Assembly: GCF_036721295.1 (NCBI RefSeq)
Contig: NZ_DAIMLK010000014.1
DNA from: Sphingorhabdus sp.
GTDB lineage: Bacteria; Pseudomonadota; Alphaproteobacteria; Sphingomonadales; Sphingomonadaceae
Direction: 5' to 3' (one strand)
Length of the DNA: 64,000 bases
Shown: piece after piece, positions 52,306 through 61,167 of the stretch
Position numbering within the stretch: position 1 is the stretch's first letter
Layout: each line of letters starts with the position of its first letter
The notes under the pieces: model-generated
The model's database searches: none
Seen by the model: the letters and a program-made list of their open reading frames with translations, nothing else
What the model was told of the DNA's origin: nothing
Translations under genes and position numbers: made by a program

Positions 52306-54411
52306 ATGCTTTTCCGGCGATCTTCTTCTGATAAAAATACGGATGTCGACAGTCGCCTTGCCGCTTTCGATGATAATCACGCACAGCGTTTTCCCGATGA
52401 CCCGCAACCATGGAATGATGCCGCTTCGGCACCAACTAAGCGCCTGTTTTTAGGCAAGACGCGCTGGTGGTGGTTCCGACGAACGGTCGCAGGCCTTATT
52501 GCGATGTTCGTGCTCCTATTGCTTTGGCTAGCGGTCACTGCACCATTATCAAAATCGCTTCAGCCGATTGCGCCGCCGCGAATTACATTGCTTGCGTCCG
52601 ACGGCACGCCCATCGCGCGCAACGGGGCAATCGTTGATAGACCCGTCGACGTCACCCAATTACCCCCGCATGTGGTGCAGGCTTTTTTGTCGATCGAGGA
52701 TCGGCGTTTTTATTCGCATTGGGGCATTGATCCGCGCGGCCTCGCGCGGGCTGCATGGTCGAACGCTTTTGGCAGCGGGATTACCCAAGGCGGCAGTACG
52801 ATTACGCAGCAGCTTGCCAAATTCACCTTTCTGACGCCCGAACGTAGCCTTACCCGCAAGGCACGTGAAATGCTCATTGCCTTCTGGCTTGAGGGACGCC
52901 TTACGAAGGATGAAATCCTCGGACGTTATCTGTCGAACGTGTATTTTGGTGACAATGTTTACGGCCTGCGCGCAGCATCGCTGCATTATTTTTATCGCCA
53001 GCCCGAGCGTTTAACGCTGAGCCAATCGGTCATGCTAGCTGGACTGGTGCAAGCGCCATCCCGTCTGGCCCCGACCAAGAACCCGGAACGCGCTGCGAAG
53101 CGCGCCAAGCTTGTTCTCAGGGCCATGGTAGCGAATAAGGCGATTACGCAAGCCAAAGCAGATGCTACACCTGTTGCGCGGCTCGACGTGCGTGTCCGCG
53201 AGACATTACCGACGGGTACATATTTTGCCGACTGGGCCATTCCGCAGGCGCGACTGCTGACCGAAAGCGGATATTCCGACGTACGGATAACCACAACCTT
53301 AGACGCGCGCTTGCAGAATATTGCCCGCAAGGTTGTCGCCCGCGCGGGCGTTGGTAACGCGCAAATCGCGTTGGTGGCGATGCGTCCAAATGGTGAGGTC
53401 GTCGCCATGGTGGGTGGCAAAAGCTACAAGCAATCCGCCTTTAACCGTGCAACCCAGGCCAAAAGGCAGCCCGGATCGACATTCAAACTGTTTGTGTATC
53501 TGGCGGCCCTTCGTTCGGGCATGACGCCGCAGTCGATGATTGCCGATACCCCCATTAACGAGGGCAGTTATCGCCCGAAAAACTCGGGCTTGCGTTACCG
53601 GGGCGATATCACATTGGAGCAAGCCTTTGCCCAATCGAGCAACGTCGCTGCGGTGCGGCTGTATCAAAAAGTAGACGGCAAAGAGGTGGAGCAAGCAGCG
53701 CAAGACCTCGGTATCCGCAGTCCCCTCACTTTGGATCCAAGCCTTGCGCTGGGCAGTTCAGGCGTCACTTTGTTAGAGTTGACAGCGGCTTATGCGGGCG
53801 TGTCGGGCAACCAATGGCCGGTTGAACCGCACGCTTTTAAACAAGAGGAACAAGGCTGGATTGAGTGGTTGTTCTCCGGACCGCGTTCTTTCAGTGGACG
53901 CATGCACCGGATGTTGCTGGATCTATTGGGGGCATCGGTGAAGCAAGGCACAGGACGGGCCGCGCGGCTTTCGATACCGGCTTATGGAAAAACCGGTACC
54001 AGTCAGGATAATCGCGATGCCTTATTTGTCGGCTTTGCGGCCAATCTCGTGGTCGGGGTTTGGATCGGCAATGACGACAACAGCCCGCTAAGGGGTATTA
54101 ACGGCGGCGGCTTGCCAGCCCGGATCTGGCGGGATTTTATGTCGCAGTCTATCCGCAATGCAGCGCCGGTTAACCGACCAAAAACCCCTGAGGCACCAGA
54201 TCCTGAAGGTCCGATTGAACCGCTTGATCTGCTGGAGTTGCAGGAATTGCCAATCGACATAGGTAATTCGGAAATACGCGTCGATCAGGGGCAGGGCGTG
54301 ACCGTGAACACAGACGTGAATGGCGTTCCGTTTGAAGTTACACTTGATCGCGATGGCGCCAGTATTCAGCCTGCCCCATCTGGAGAACGCCCGGCACCGG
54401 ATCCGCGCTGA
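52306..54411 (+). CDS. Class A penicillin-binding protein (glycosyltransferase GT51 plus transpeptidase)
   Basis: 701 aa with a cytoplasmic N-tail and TM segment. GT51 motifs are EDRRFYSHWGIDP and GGSTITQQL. Transpeptidase motifs are STFK, SSN and KTGT. It has a Pro-rich C-terminal extension. Confidence 0.85.
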   Translation: MLFRRSSSDKNTDVDSRLAAFDDNHAQRFPDDPQPWNDAASAPTKRLFLGKTRWWWFRRTVAGLIAMFVLLLLWLAVTAPLSKSLQPIAPPRITLLASDGTPIARNGAIVDRPVDVTQLPPHVVQAFLSIEDRRFYSHWGIDPRGLARAAWSNAFGSGITQGGSTITQQLAKFTFLTPERSLTRKAREMLIAFWLEGRLTKDEILGRYLSNVYFGDNVYGLRAASLHYFYRQPERLTLSQSVMLAGLVQAPSRLAPTKNPERAAKRAKLVLRAMVANKAITQAKADATPVARLDVRVRETLPTGTYFADWAIPQARLLTESGYSDVRITTTLDARLQNIARKVVARAGVGNAQIALVAMRPNGEVVAMVGGKSYKQSAFNRATQAKRQPGSTFKLFVYLAALRSGMTPQSMIADTPINEGSYRPKNSGLRYRGDITLEQAFAQSSNVAAVRLYQKVDGKEVEQAAQDLGIRSPLTLDPSLALGSSGVTLLELTAAYAGVSGNQWPVEPHAFKQEEQGWIEWLFSGPRSFSGRMHRMLLDLLGASVKQGTGRAARLSIPAYGKTGTSQDNRDALFVGFAANLVVGVWIGNDDNSPLRGINGGGLPARIWRDFMSQSIRNAAPVNRPKTPEAPDPEGPIEPLDLLELQELPIDIGNSEIRVDQGQGVTVNTDVNGVPFEVTLDRDGASIQPAPSGERPAPDPR

Positions 54412-55970
54412 TGCCCATGTTTATAACTAAACTCATGCGATATTTTGCGGCGTTGTGCCTATTTCTGTCTCCTGTATTGGTTTCACCTGCACTTGCCGAT
54501 GCAAGTGACATCAGCGCCGCCTCGCGTAGCGTTGTGCGGGTCATCGTTTACAGTTCTGCCGAAGGACAGCAGAGCATCGTTAGCATTGGCTCTGGCGTGG
54601 TTGTTGCACGGGATAAAGTCATCACCAATGCCCATGTTGTTGAAATGGCCAGCGTTGATGACAGCGTGCAGATCGTCATCGTCCCCTCTGATGGCAAGCA
54701 AAGCTATCGCGCAAGAGTTTCGGCCAGCCTGCCGGGTAAAGACCTTGCCTTATTACAACTTACGTCTGGTGCGCTTGTCCCTGCAAGTATCTTCGCCGGA
54801 GTGCCAGAGGATGGCGCAGACGTCTTTGCCATTGGCTATCCCGCGAGCGTCGATGCGGCATTGGAGCAGAGTGAAGCCGATGTGCTTCGTCCGCAGCAAC
54901 CCGTCAAAACGCGGGGAACGGTTTCCTCCGGACGGACGTCGAAATCGGTAGAATCGCTTTTGCATACGGCGCCTATTGCACCGGGCAATAGCGGCGGGCC
55001 GATTGTGGATGCTTGCGGGCGGGTGCTAGGCATCAACAGTTTCGGGTCCGTTCCTACGGATGGCGGCGCGGAATTTTACTTCGCGATATCGGCGCGCGAA
55101 TTGTCGGCATTTCTTGCCAATCGCGGTGTCGCGTTCCGTTCTGTGCGGGGCGATTGCCGGTCGGTCGCCGAATTGACGCGCGCCGAGGCCGAGCTTGAGG
55201 CGTCCACACGCGCCAAGATAGAGCAAGAGGCGCGTGTTGCCTCCGAACTGCAACGCAGCCGCGAAGGCAAAGTACGCAGCGATGCCGAACATGCCGTCAT
55301 TGGTGAGCGGGAAAACCATCTTGCACTGGCCGGGCTGTTGTTGGTGTTAAGTGCCGTCGCCGGCGGCGCTGCTTGGCAGTTTTCCGAACGCGAACAGCGG
55401 GATCAATTTAAGGCCGCAATCGCCGCCGGCGCTGTGCTCTTGGTAATGGCGGTGGGAATTTTTGCGGCTCGCCCATCGTTCGAGGAAGTCGATGATCGTG
55501 TTCGTGCTGCATTGACCGCCGATGCGCCAGACGATGTCGTTGCCAAAAAGCGCCCCGTTACTGCCGAACCGCAGGCAAAGATTTGCGTGCTACAGCCCCA
55601 ACGCAGCCGGGTCACTATGTCCGACACAGCGGACGTTGAATTTACGTGGCAGTCCGATGGATGCATCAATGGACGCACACAATATGTCGAAAGCGGCGGC
55701 CGATGGGTGCGTAGCTTTGTGCCCAATAATGACGCGCAGATTTCGGTCATCAGCTACGCGCCGGAGACCGAAATTTACCGCATCGAACGTTTCTTGCCGG
55801 GCAATGATGCCATGGAATCCGCCCGTGCGGCACGGCAACTTTATGACGTCAAAACCTGCACTGCGGACCCAGGGCAACTGACCAATATCGAAAATATGAA
55901 CAAGACCATATCGGCGCAATTGTCGCCCGCGCCGAACGAGATATTGCTGTTCACATGCTCTGACCGTTGA
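54411..55970 (+). CDS. Trypsin-like (S1) serine protease with coiled-coil, two TM helices and a Cys-containing C-terminal domain
   Basis: 519 aa with a signal peptide. Triad contexts are TNAHVV, KDLALL and GNSGGP. The TM helices are LALAGLLLVLSAVAGGAAW and AGAVLLVMAVGIFAA. The ATG shares one base with the PBP stop (TGATG). Confidence 0.8.
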   Translation: MPMFITKLMRYFAALCLFLSPVLVSPALADASDISAASRSVVRVIVYSSAEGQQSIVSIGSGVVVARDKVITNAHVVEMASVDDSVQIVIVPSDGKQSYRARVSASLPGKDLALLQLTSGALVPASIFAGVPEDGADVFAIGYPASVDAALEQSEADVLRPQQPVKTRGTVSSGRTSKSVESLLHTAPIAPGNSGGPIVDACGRVLGINSFGSVPTDGGAEFYFAISARELSAFLANRGVAFRSVRGDCRSVAELTRAEAELEASTRAKIEQEARVASELQRSREGKVRSDAEHAVIGERENHLALAGLLLVLSAVAGGAAWQFSEREQRDQFKAAIAAGAVLLVMAVGIFAARPSFEEVDDRVRAALTADAPDDVVAKKRPVTAEPQAKICVLQPQRSRVTMSDTADVEFTWQSDGCINGRTQYVESGGRWVRSFVPNNDAQISVISYAPETEIYRIERFLPGNDAMESARAARQLYDVKTCTADPGQLTNIENMNKTISAQLSPAPNEILLFTCSDR

Positions 55971-56012
55971 ATCTTGGATTGTGCGTCGGGACTTAGGGGT
56001 TATGGTGGCGTC

Positions 56013-57467
56013 ATGATCCGTTCGCTGTCGATTTTGTTGTTGCTATTGTCCGCAACACTTGCCGGATGCTCTGAGGGTGTCGACAATGAACGCGTCCGGG
56101 TTGACGTGATTGAAAGCCGCCCCAGGCCTCTAAACATATCCGCAACGCCGTTGCCGTTGGCGTCGGCGTATTTACGCGCGGCAACGGCGCAGGGGTTGGT
56201 GACGTTCGATGAAAAAGGGCGTGTTGCGCCCGGCGTCGCCAATCGCTGGATCGTGACCGAAGACGGCATGAGTTATATTTTCCGTCTCAATAAAGGGCGG
56301 TGGAATGACGGGCGTGAGGTAGAGTCAAGGGAGGTTGCACGTCTTCTAACTGCCCGCATCCGTGAATTACGCAAGGGACGCCTTGGTGCCGAATTGGGTG
56401 TCATTGACCGTGTCGTCGCCATGACGGGTAAGGTGGTGGAAATCAGGTTGAATGCCCCGATGCCTTATCTGTTAGAATTGCTGGCCTTGCCCGAGTTCGG
56501 GTTGCTCAGCAAAGGCGCAGGATCGGGTCCGATGCAGGCCAAAAAATTTGGGCAGGTCATGCAGTTACGGCGCAATGAAACTGATGATGAAGGCGTCCAG
56601 GTCTTGGGCAATGCGATGGTCACATTGCGGCGTGGTGATGCATCCACGGTGATTGCCCGTTATGCATTGGGACAAAGCGACTTTGTCGAAGGCGGACGGT
56701 TTGAGAGCTTTCCTTTGCTCGATGCGGCAAACATTCGCGCTGATCAAATCCAATTTGACGCGGTTCCGGGATTATTCGGTTTGCAGGTTGTCAAGGATGG
56801 TCCATTTCTGTCTGACAGAGCCAATCGAACGGCGATCGCCATGGCTATTGATCGCCCCAAATTGTTGACGGCGTTCGACATTGTGGCGTGGCAGGAAACG
56901 GTCACCTTAGTTCCTGAAAGCTTACCAAATCGTGCGAGCATAGAGCGGCCGATATGGTCAGTGCCGTCTGTGGAAGAACGCAGAACTATGGCGCGGGATA
57001 CTGTTGCCCAGTGGGAAAATGCCAATGGCGCACTTCGGCCATTACGCGTGGCTTTGCCGCGTGGTTATGGCAGCCGGATATTCTTTGCGCGGTTGCGGGC
57101 GGATCTTGCAACAGTCGGCATTGATATTGAGCGTGTGACGATGGACCGACCGCATGACCTGCTGCTCGTTGACCGTACCGCCCAACAATCGAGCCCCATA
57201 TGGTATCTGGATCAGCTATCGTGTAAGTTTGCGCCAATATGCAGCGCGCGGGCGGACGAGATTGTGGCCAAAGCGCGCCGCACAACCGATACCGCGATAC
57301 GCGCGCAGTTATTGGGTGAGGCAGAGGCCGAATTGCAGGCCAGTGTTGCCTTTATCCCCATTGCAAATCCGTTGCGTTGGTCAGTCGTCCGGCCGGGCCT
57401 ATTGGGGCATTTTGCCAATGGTCGTGGGTGGCACCTGTTGCAATATCTTGGACGTGACCCGACATAG
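56013..57467 (+). CDS. Family-5 (peptide/nickel-type) solute-binding-protein-like lipoprotein
   Basis: The ATG at 56013 gives MIRSLSILLLLLSATLAGC (lipobox). Its size and pattern fit the SBP_bac_5 fold. No permease or ATPase genes are nearby. Confidence 0.65.
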   Translation: MIRSLSILLLLLSATLAGCSEGVDNERVRVDVIESRPRPLNISATPLPLASAYLRAATAQGLVTFDEKGRVAPGVANRWIVTEDGMSYIFRLNKGRWNDGREVESREVARLLTARIRELRKGRLGAELGVIDRVVAMTGKVVEIRLNAPMPYLLELLALPEFGLLSKGAGSGPMQAKKFGQVMQLRRNETDDEGVQVLGNAMVTLRRGDASTVIARYALGQSDFVEGGRFESFPLLDAANIRADQIQFDAVPGLFGLQVVKDGPFLSDRANRTAIAMAIDRPKLLTAFDIVAWQETVTLVPESLPNRASIERPIWSVPSVEERRTMARDTVAQWENANGALRPLRVALPRGYGSRIFFARLRADLATVGIDIERVTMDRPHDLLLVDRTAQQSSPIWYLDQLSCKFAPICSARADEIVAKARRTTDTAIRAQLLGEAEAELQASVAFIPIANPLRWSVVRPGLLGHFANGRGWHLLQYLGRDPT

Positions 57468-57486
57468 GCACAAAGGAGTAACTGCA

Positions 57487-57909
57487 GTGCCGATTTCGCA
57501 GGAACAATTTGCGCGTATTGCCAAGGATTTGCCGGGCATGGGTAATGACCCACATGCCGTGCGCGCCCGTGTGGAAGCGCTTGAGAAGATATTGGAGCGT
57601 GCCTTCGTTATTCCAGGTACGAAAATTCCCTTTGGGCTGGATAGTGTGATTGGTCTTGTCCCGGTTTTGGGTGACCTCGTGACTGCGTTTATGGGGGCCT
57701 ATATTGTGTGGGAAGGCCGCAATTTGGGCATGTCCAAATGGCAGCTGATCCGCATGAGCGCGAATATCGGTGTGGATACCGCGATTGGCGCAATCCCCTT
57801 TGTCGGCGATGCTTTCGACCTTGTCTGGCGTTCGAACAGCCGGAATTTAAGGATAATCAAAAAACATCTCGATAAGCATCACCCCGCAACGCGGATTATT
57901 GAGGGTTAA
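57487..57909 (+). CDS. DUF4112-domain membrane protein
   Basis: GTG start 8 nt after AAGGAG (57473-57478). It carries the core FGLDSVIGLVPVLGDLVTAFMGAYIV...IGAIPFVGDAFDLVWRSNSRN. Confidence 0.7.
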   Translation: MPISQEQFARIAKDLPGMGNDPHAVRARVEALEKILERAFVIPGTKIPFGLDSVIGLVPVLGDLVTAFMGAYIVWEGRNLGMSKWQLIRMSANIGVDTAIGAIPFVGDAFDLVWRSNSRNLRIIKKHLDKHHPATRIIEG

Positions 57910-57911
57910 GT

Positions 57912-58643
57912 TTAACGCCCGCGCCAGATTTTGATCTGCGCCGTAGCTGGTGCGCGGCGTGTAAATGTCGGGCACTTTCGGGGTTTGAAATCCCTGCCAA
58001 GGCAAATGCGTACTTCTTGTAACCAGCCTTTGGCATTGGTCTTTACCGTGACGGCATTGGCGGGCAAGCCATCGTTCAGATCAGCTAATCTCTCCGCAAG
58101 AACTTGCGCCGTCAACGGCGTCCCACGCTCGGGTTCGCGGGACAGCCGCGCCATGTCTGGAAATTCAATTGCGTTGAACAGCAAACGCGCGGCGCCTAAA
58201 TACCCTTCCGGCGTATTGGCCATGCAACTGCCATGCTTTGCCCATTGATGCTGCAGCAATTGGGGAGACGGGCTGAGGCAGATATTGTCTGTGACCGTTC
58301 GCCGAGGCAGAACGCCAACCGAGCGGCAATATTGTGGGTAATTGACCCCTTTTGCCTCAGGCCACAGCCCATGTAGGATAAAACCGAAATCTCCAATTTC
58401 ACCCGAACATTGGAACCGTGCCGCAGGGTCACGCGTTCGCCCACGGCAATATTCCGGGCTCCAACTGAGTGCCAGCACATAGCCGTCTATTGCAGTGCGC
58501 CTTATCTGGCCGGACGGCGGCAATTCCAAGGCTGGACGTGGAAGAAATCTTGGGGGCTGACATTGCCATGCTTGCGCCATGGTCGGTGCAGGTTGGAACG
58601 CTGCCACGACACCGAAAAACAAGAAAAACTTAAGCCTGCGCAA
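57912..58643 (-). CDS. Ribonuclease T2-family protein
   Basis: 243 aa with a signal peptide and CAS motifs FILHGLWPE and WAKHGSC. Confidence 0.85.
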   Translation of the reverse strand: MRRLKFFLFFGVVAAFQPAPTMAQAWQCQPPRFLPRPALELPPSGQIRRTAIDGYVLALSWSPEYCRGRTRDPAARFQCSGEIGDFGFILHGLWPEAKGVNYPQYCRSVGVLPRRTVTDNICLSPSPQLLQHQWAKHGSCMANTPEGYLGAARLLFNAIEFPDMARLSREPERGTPLTAQVLAERLADLNDGLPANAVTVKTNAKGWLQEVRICLGRDFKPRKCPTFTRRAPATAQIKIWRGR

Positions 58644-59478
58644 AATCCAGCCCGATGTCGGCAGCCGGGGCGCTTTGGGTCAGGCGGCCAACCGAGATAT
58701 AGGTAACACCGGTTTCCGCCTTGGCGCGGATCGTTTCCAAGGTGACCCCGCCCGAGGCCTCAGTCGGCACACGGTCCGCGATGAGCGCAACCGCTTCGCG
58801 CAACATATCTGCGTCCATATTGTCGAGCAGCAAATGGCTTGCTCCTGCGGCAAGGCCGGGCTCAATCTGGGCGATGCTGTCCACCTCAAGAATGATGCGT
58901 TCAACCCCTGCATTTTTGGCGCGCGCTACAGCTTCCGCTACGCCGCCTGCAACGGCAACATGATTGTCCTTGATCATGGCTGCGTCCCACAATCCCATGC
59001 GGTGGTTCGTAGCGCCACCTAAGCGCGTCGCGTATTTTTCAAGGAGCCGAAGGCCGGGGATCGTTTTTCTCGTGTCCAAAAGCGTGCAACCTGTTCCAGC
59101 GATGGCATCGACATATTGCCGTGTCATTGTTGCAATACCCGAAAGATGCTGCATGGTATTCAACGCCGAGCGTTCTGCGGTGAGCATGGCCCGTGCATGG
59201 CCCCTTAAGCGCATGAGTTCCGTGCCCGCAGGCACTTGCGCGCCCTCCTCGACCAATAAATCTATCTCCATCAACGGGTCGAGCGCTTTAAAAAATGCGA
59301 CTGCGAGTGGCAGGCCAGCCACGGTTATGGCATCGCGGCTGTCCATGATCCCGTCGAAACGGACATCGGCCGGAATGACGCTTTCGGACGTCACATCTCT
59401 GCCCGTCGGACCCAAATCTTCGGCCAGCGTCGCACGGACGAAAGCGTCCATATCAAATGAAGGAATCTGAAAAGGCAT
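58630..59478 (-). CDS. nadC: Nicotinate-nucleotide pyrophosphorylase (carboxylating)
   Basis: 282 aa with motifs LDTRKTIPGLR and MIKDNH and a TIM-barrel C-terminus. Confidence 0.93.
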   Translation of the reverse strand: MPFQIPSFDMDAFVRATLAEDLGPTGRDVTSESVIPADVRFDGIMDSRDAITVAGLPLAVAFFKALDPLMEIDLLVEEGAQVPAGTELMRLRGHARAMLTAERSALNTMQHLSGIATMTRQYVDAIAGTGCTLLDTRKTIPGLRLLEKYATRLGGATNHRMGLWDAAMIKDNHVAVAGGVAEAVARAKNAGVERIILEVDSIAQIEPGLAAGASHLLLDNMDADMLREAVALIADRVPTEASGGVTLETIRAKAETGVTYISVGRLTQSAPAADIGLDFAQA

Positions 59479-59575
59479 ATTGCTGATATCCGGCCTGAAA
59501 ATGATTGGCGACTATGACCCAAATATAGGTAAGTTCGCTATCGCCAACAATAACTGAAAACCTTTTATCGAGGGG

Positions 59576-60211
59576 TCAATAGCCCATGAGGCTCATGACT
59601 TCCCTGCGGCTCGATTGATCGTCTAGGAAACAGCCAATGAGCTTTGATGTAACCATGCCAACGCCGTGCACCTTCACGCCGCGTCCGGTCATGCAACCAT
59701 GCTGCGCCTCAATGACAACCGCAACGCCTTCTGGCTTCAAATTTTCCCAAATGCAGTTCGCAACTTCTGCCGTCAGGCGTTCCTGCACTTGAAGGCGCTG
59801 AGCAAAGCCGTGCAAGACACGCGCAAGTTTCGAAATGCCTACAACCTTGTCGGTTGGCATATACGCAATCGACGCCTTGCCGATGATGGGGGCCATGTGA
59901 TGCTCACAATGCGACTGGAATGGGATATCCTTGAGCAACACGAGCTCATGATATCCGCCGACTTCCTGAAAGGTGCGCGATAAATGCGCTGCGGGATCTT
60001 CGGTATAGCCAGCGCAATATTCGCGCCAAGCGCGGCCAACGCGCGCTGGCGTATCGAGCAGGCCTTCGCGTTCCGGATTATCGCCTGACCAGCGGATGAG
60101 TGTGCGAATGGCGTCTTGAACGTCTTCAGGAACAACGATTTTGCCGTTCTCACCGATTTCGTCTTCATAATGGATATGGGCGATGGGAAATACCTTCTCG
60201 GGCTTGTTCAT
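59576..60211 (-). CDS. folE: GTP cyclohydrolase I
   Basis: It has the motif FQSHCEHHMAPIIG. I preferred the ATG at 60211 (GGAG 7 nt upstream) over the GTG at 60232. Confidence 0.93.
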   Translation of the reverse strand: MNKPEKVFPIAHIHYEDEIGENGKIVVPEDVQDAIRTLIRWSGDNPEREGLLDTPARVGRAWREYCAGYTEDPAAHLSRTFQEVGGYHELVLLKDIPFQSHCEHHMAPIIGKASIAYMPTDKVVGISKLARVLHGFAQRLQVQERLTAEVANCIWENLKPEGVAVVIEAQHGCMTGRGVKVHGVGMVTSKLIGCFLDDQSSRREVMSLMGY

Positions 60212-60366
60212 CTCTAGGCTCCGGCAGGCCACGTGCCTGCATCTTCGCGACTAGAGATATGTCCACCCGTTATTGAACACTATACGGACAATAGCCCATG
60301 GGGGCCGTATCGCAATACATCACGATAAAGCCATCGAAGCCGAAATAACATTTGGTTGCCGAAAAA

Positions 60367-61020
60367 TCAGCCAATCGCCTGACCGGTTTTGGCCCAATCG
60401 GCCAAAAAGCCCTCAATGCCCTTGTCGGTCAGGATATGCTTGAACAGGCCTTTGATAACCGACGGCGGCGCAGTCATCACGTCAGCACCAATTTTAGCGG
60501 CTTCAAGGACATGGACACCGTGACGGACGCTGGCGACGAGGATTTCGGTGTCAAAAGCGTAATTGTCGTAGATCAGACGAATGTCGCTGATAAGCTGCAT
60601 ACCATCAAAGCCATTGTCGTCATGGCGACCAACGAATGGCGATACGAATGTTGCGCCAGCCTTTGCGGCCAACAGCGCCTGATTGGCAGAGAAACATAAG
60701 GTCACATTAACCAATGTGCCTTCAGAGGTAAGTGCCTTGCAGGTCTTTAGACCGTCGATGGTCAATGGTACCTTGATGCAGACATTGTCGGCAATCTTCC
60801 GCAGAATTTCGGCTTCCTTCATCATCGTCGCATGATCAAGCGCAACGACTTCTGCGGATACTGGGCCATCGGTCAGGGCGCATATTTCGCGCGTGACTTC
60901 AATGAAATCCCGGCCGGATTTTGCAATCAACGATGGGTTGGTGGTCACGCCGTCAAGCAAACCCGTCGCTGCCAAATCCTTAATGTCGGCAATGTCAGCG
61001 GTATCGGCAAAAAATTTCAT
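60367..61020 (-). CDS. tal: Transaldolase / fructose-6-phosphate aldolase (short TalC/Fsa type)
   Basis: 217 aa from the internal ATG at 61020. It starts [14 protein letters not shown] and carries GVTTNPSL. Confidence 0.9.
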   Translation of the reverse strand: MKFFADTADIADIKDLAATGLLDGVTTNPSLIAKSGRDFIEVTREICALTDGPVSAEVVALDHATMMKEAEILRKIADNVCIKVPLTIDGLKTCKALTSEGTLVNVTLCFSANQALLAAKAGATFVSPFVGRHDDNGFDGMQLISDIRLIYDNYAFDTEILVASVRHGVHVLEAAKIGADVMTAPPSVIKGLFKHILTDKGIEGFLADWAKTGQAIG

Positions 61021-61167
61021 AGAACTATTTCCTGATTGGAGATTCGGTTTCATTTCTTTTGGCAAAATATCTGCCAAAACAACAGACTTATTGGAAACAG
61101 ATCAGCGATGGTGTGGGATCATCATCCAGATGGTGACGTTCGCCGTATCATTGCCTATACGCGCGTG

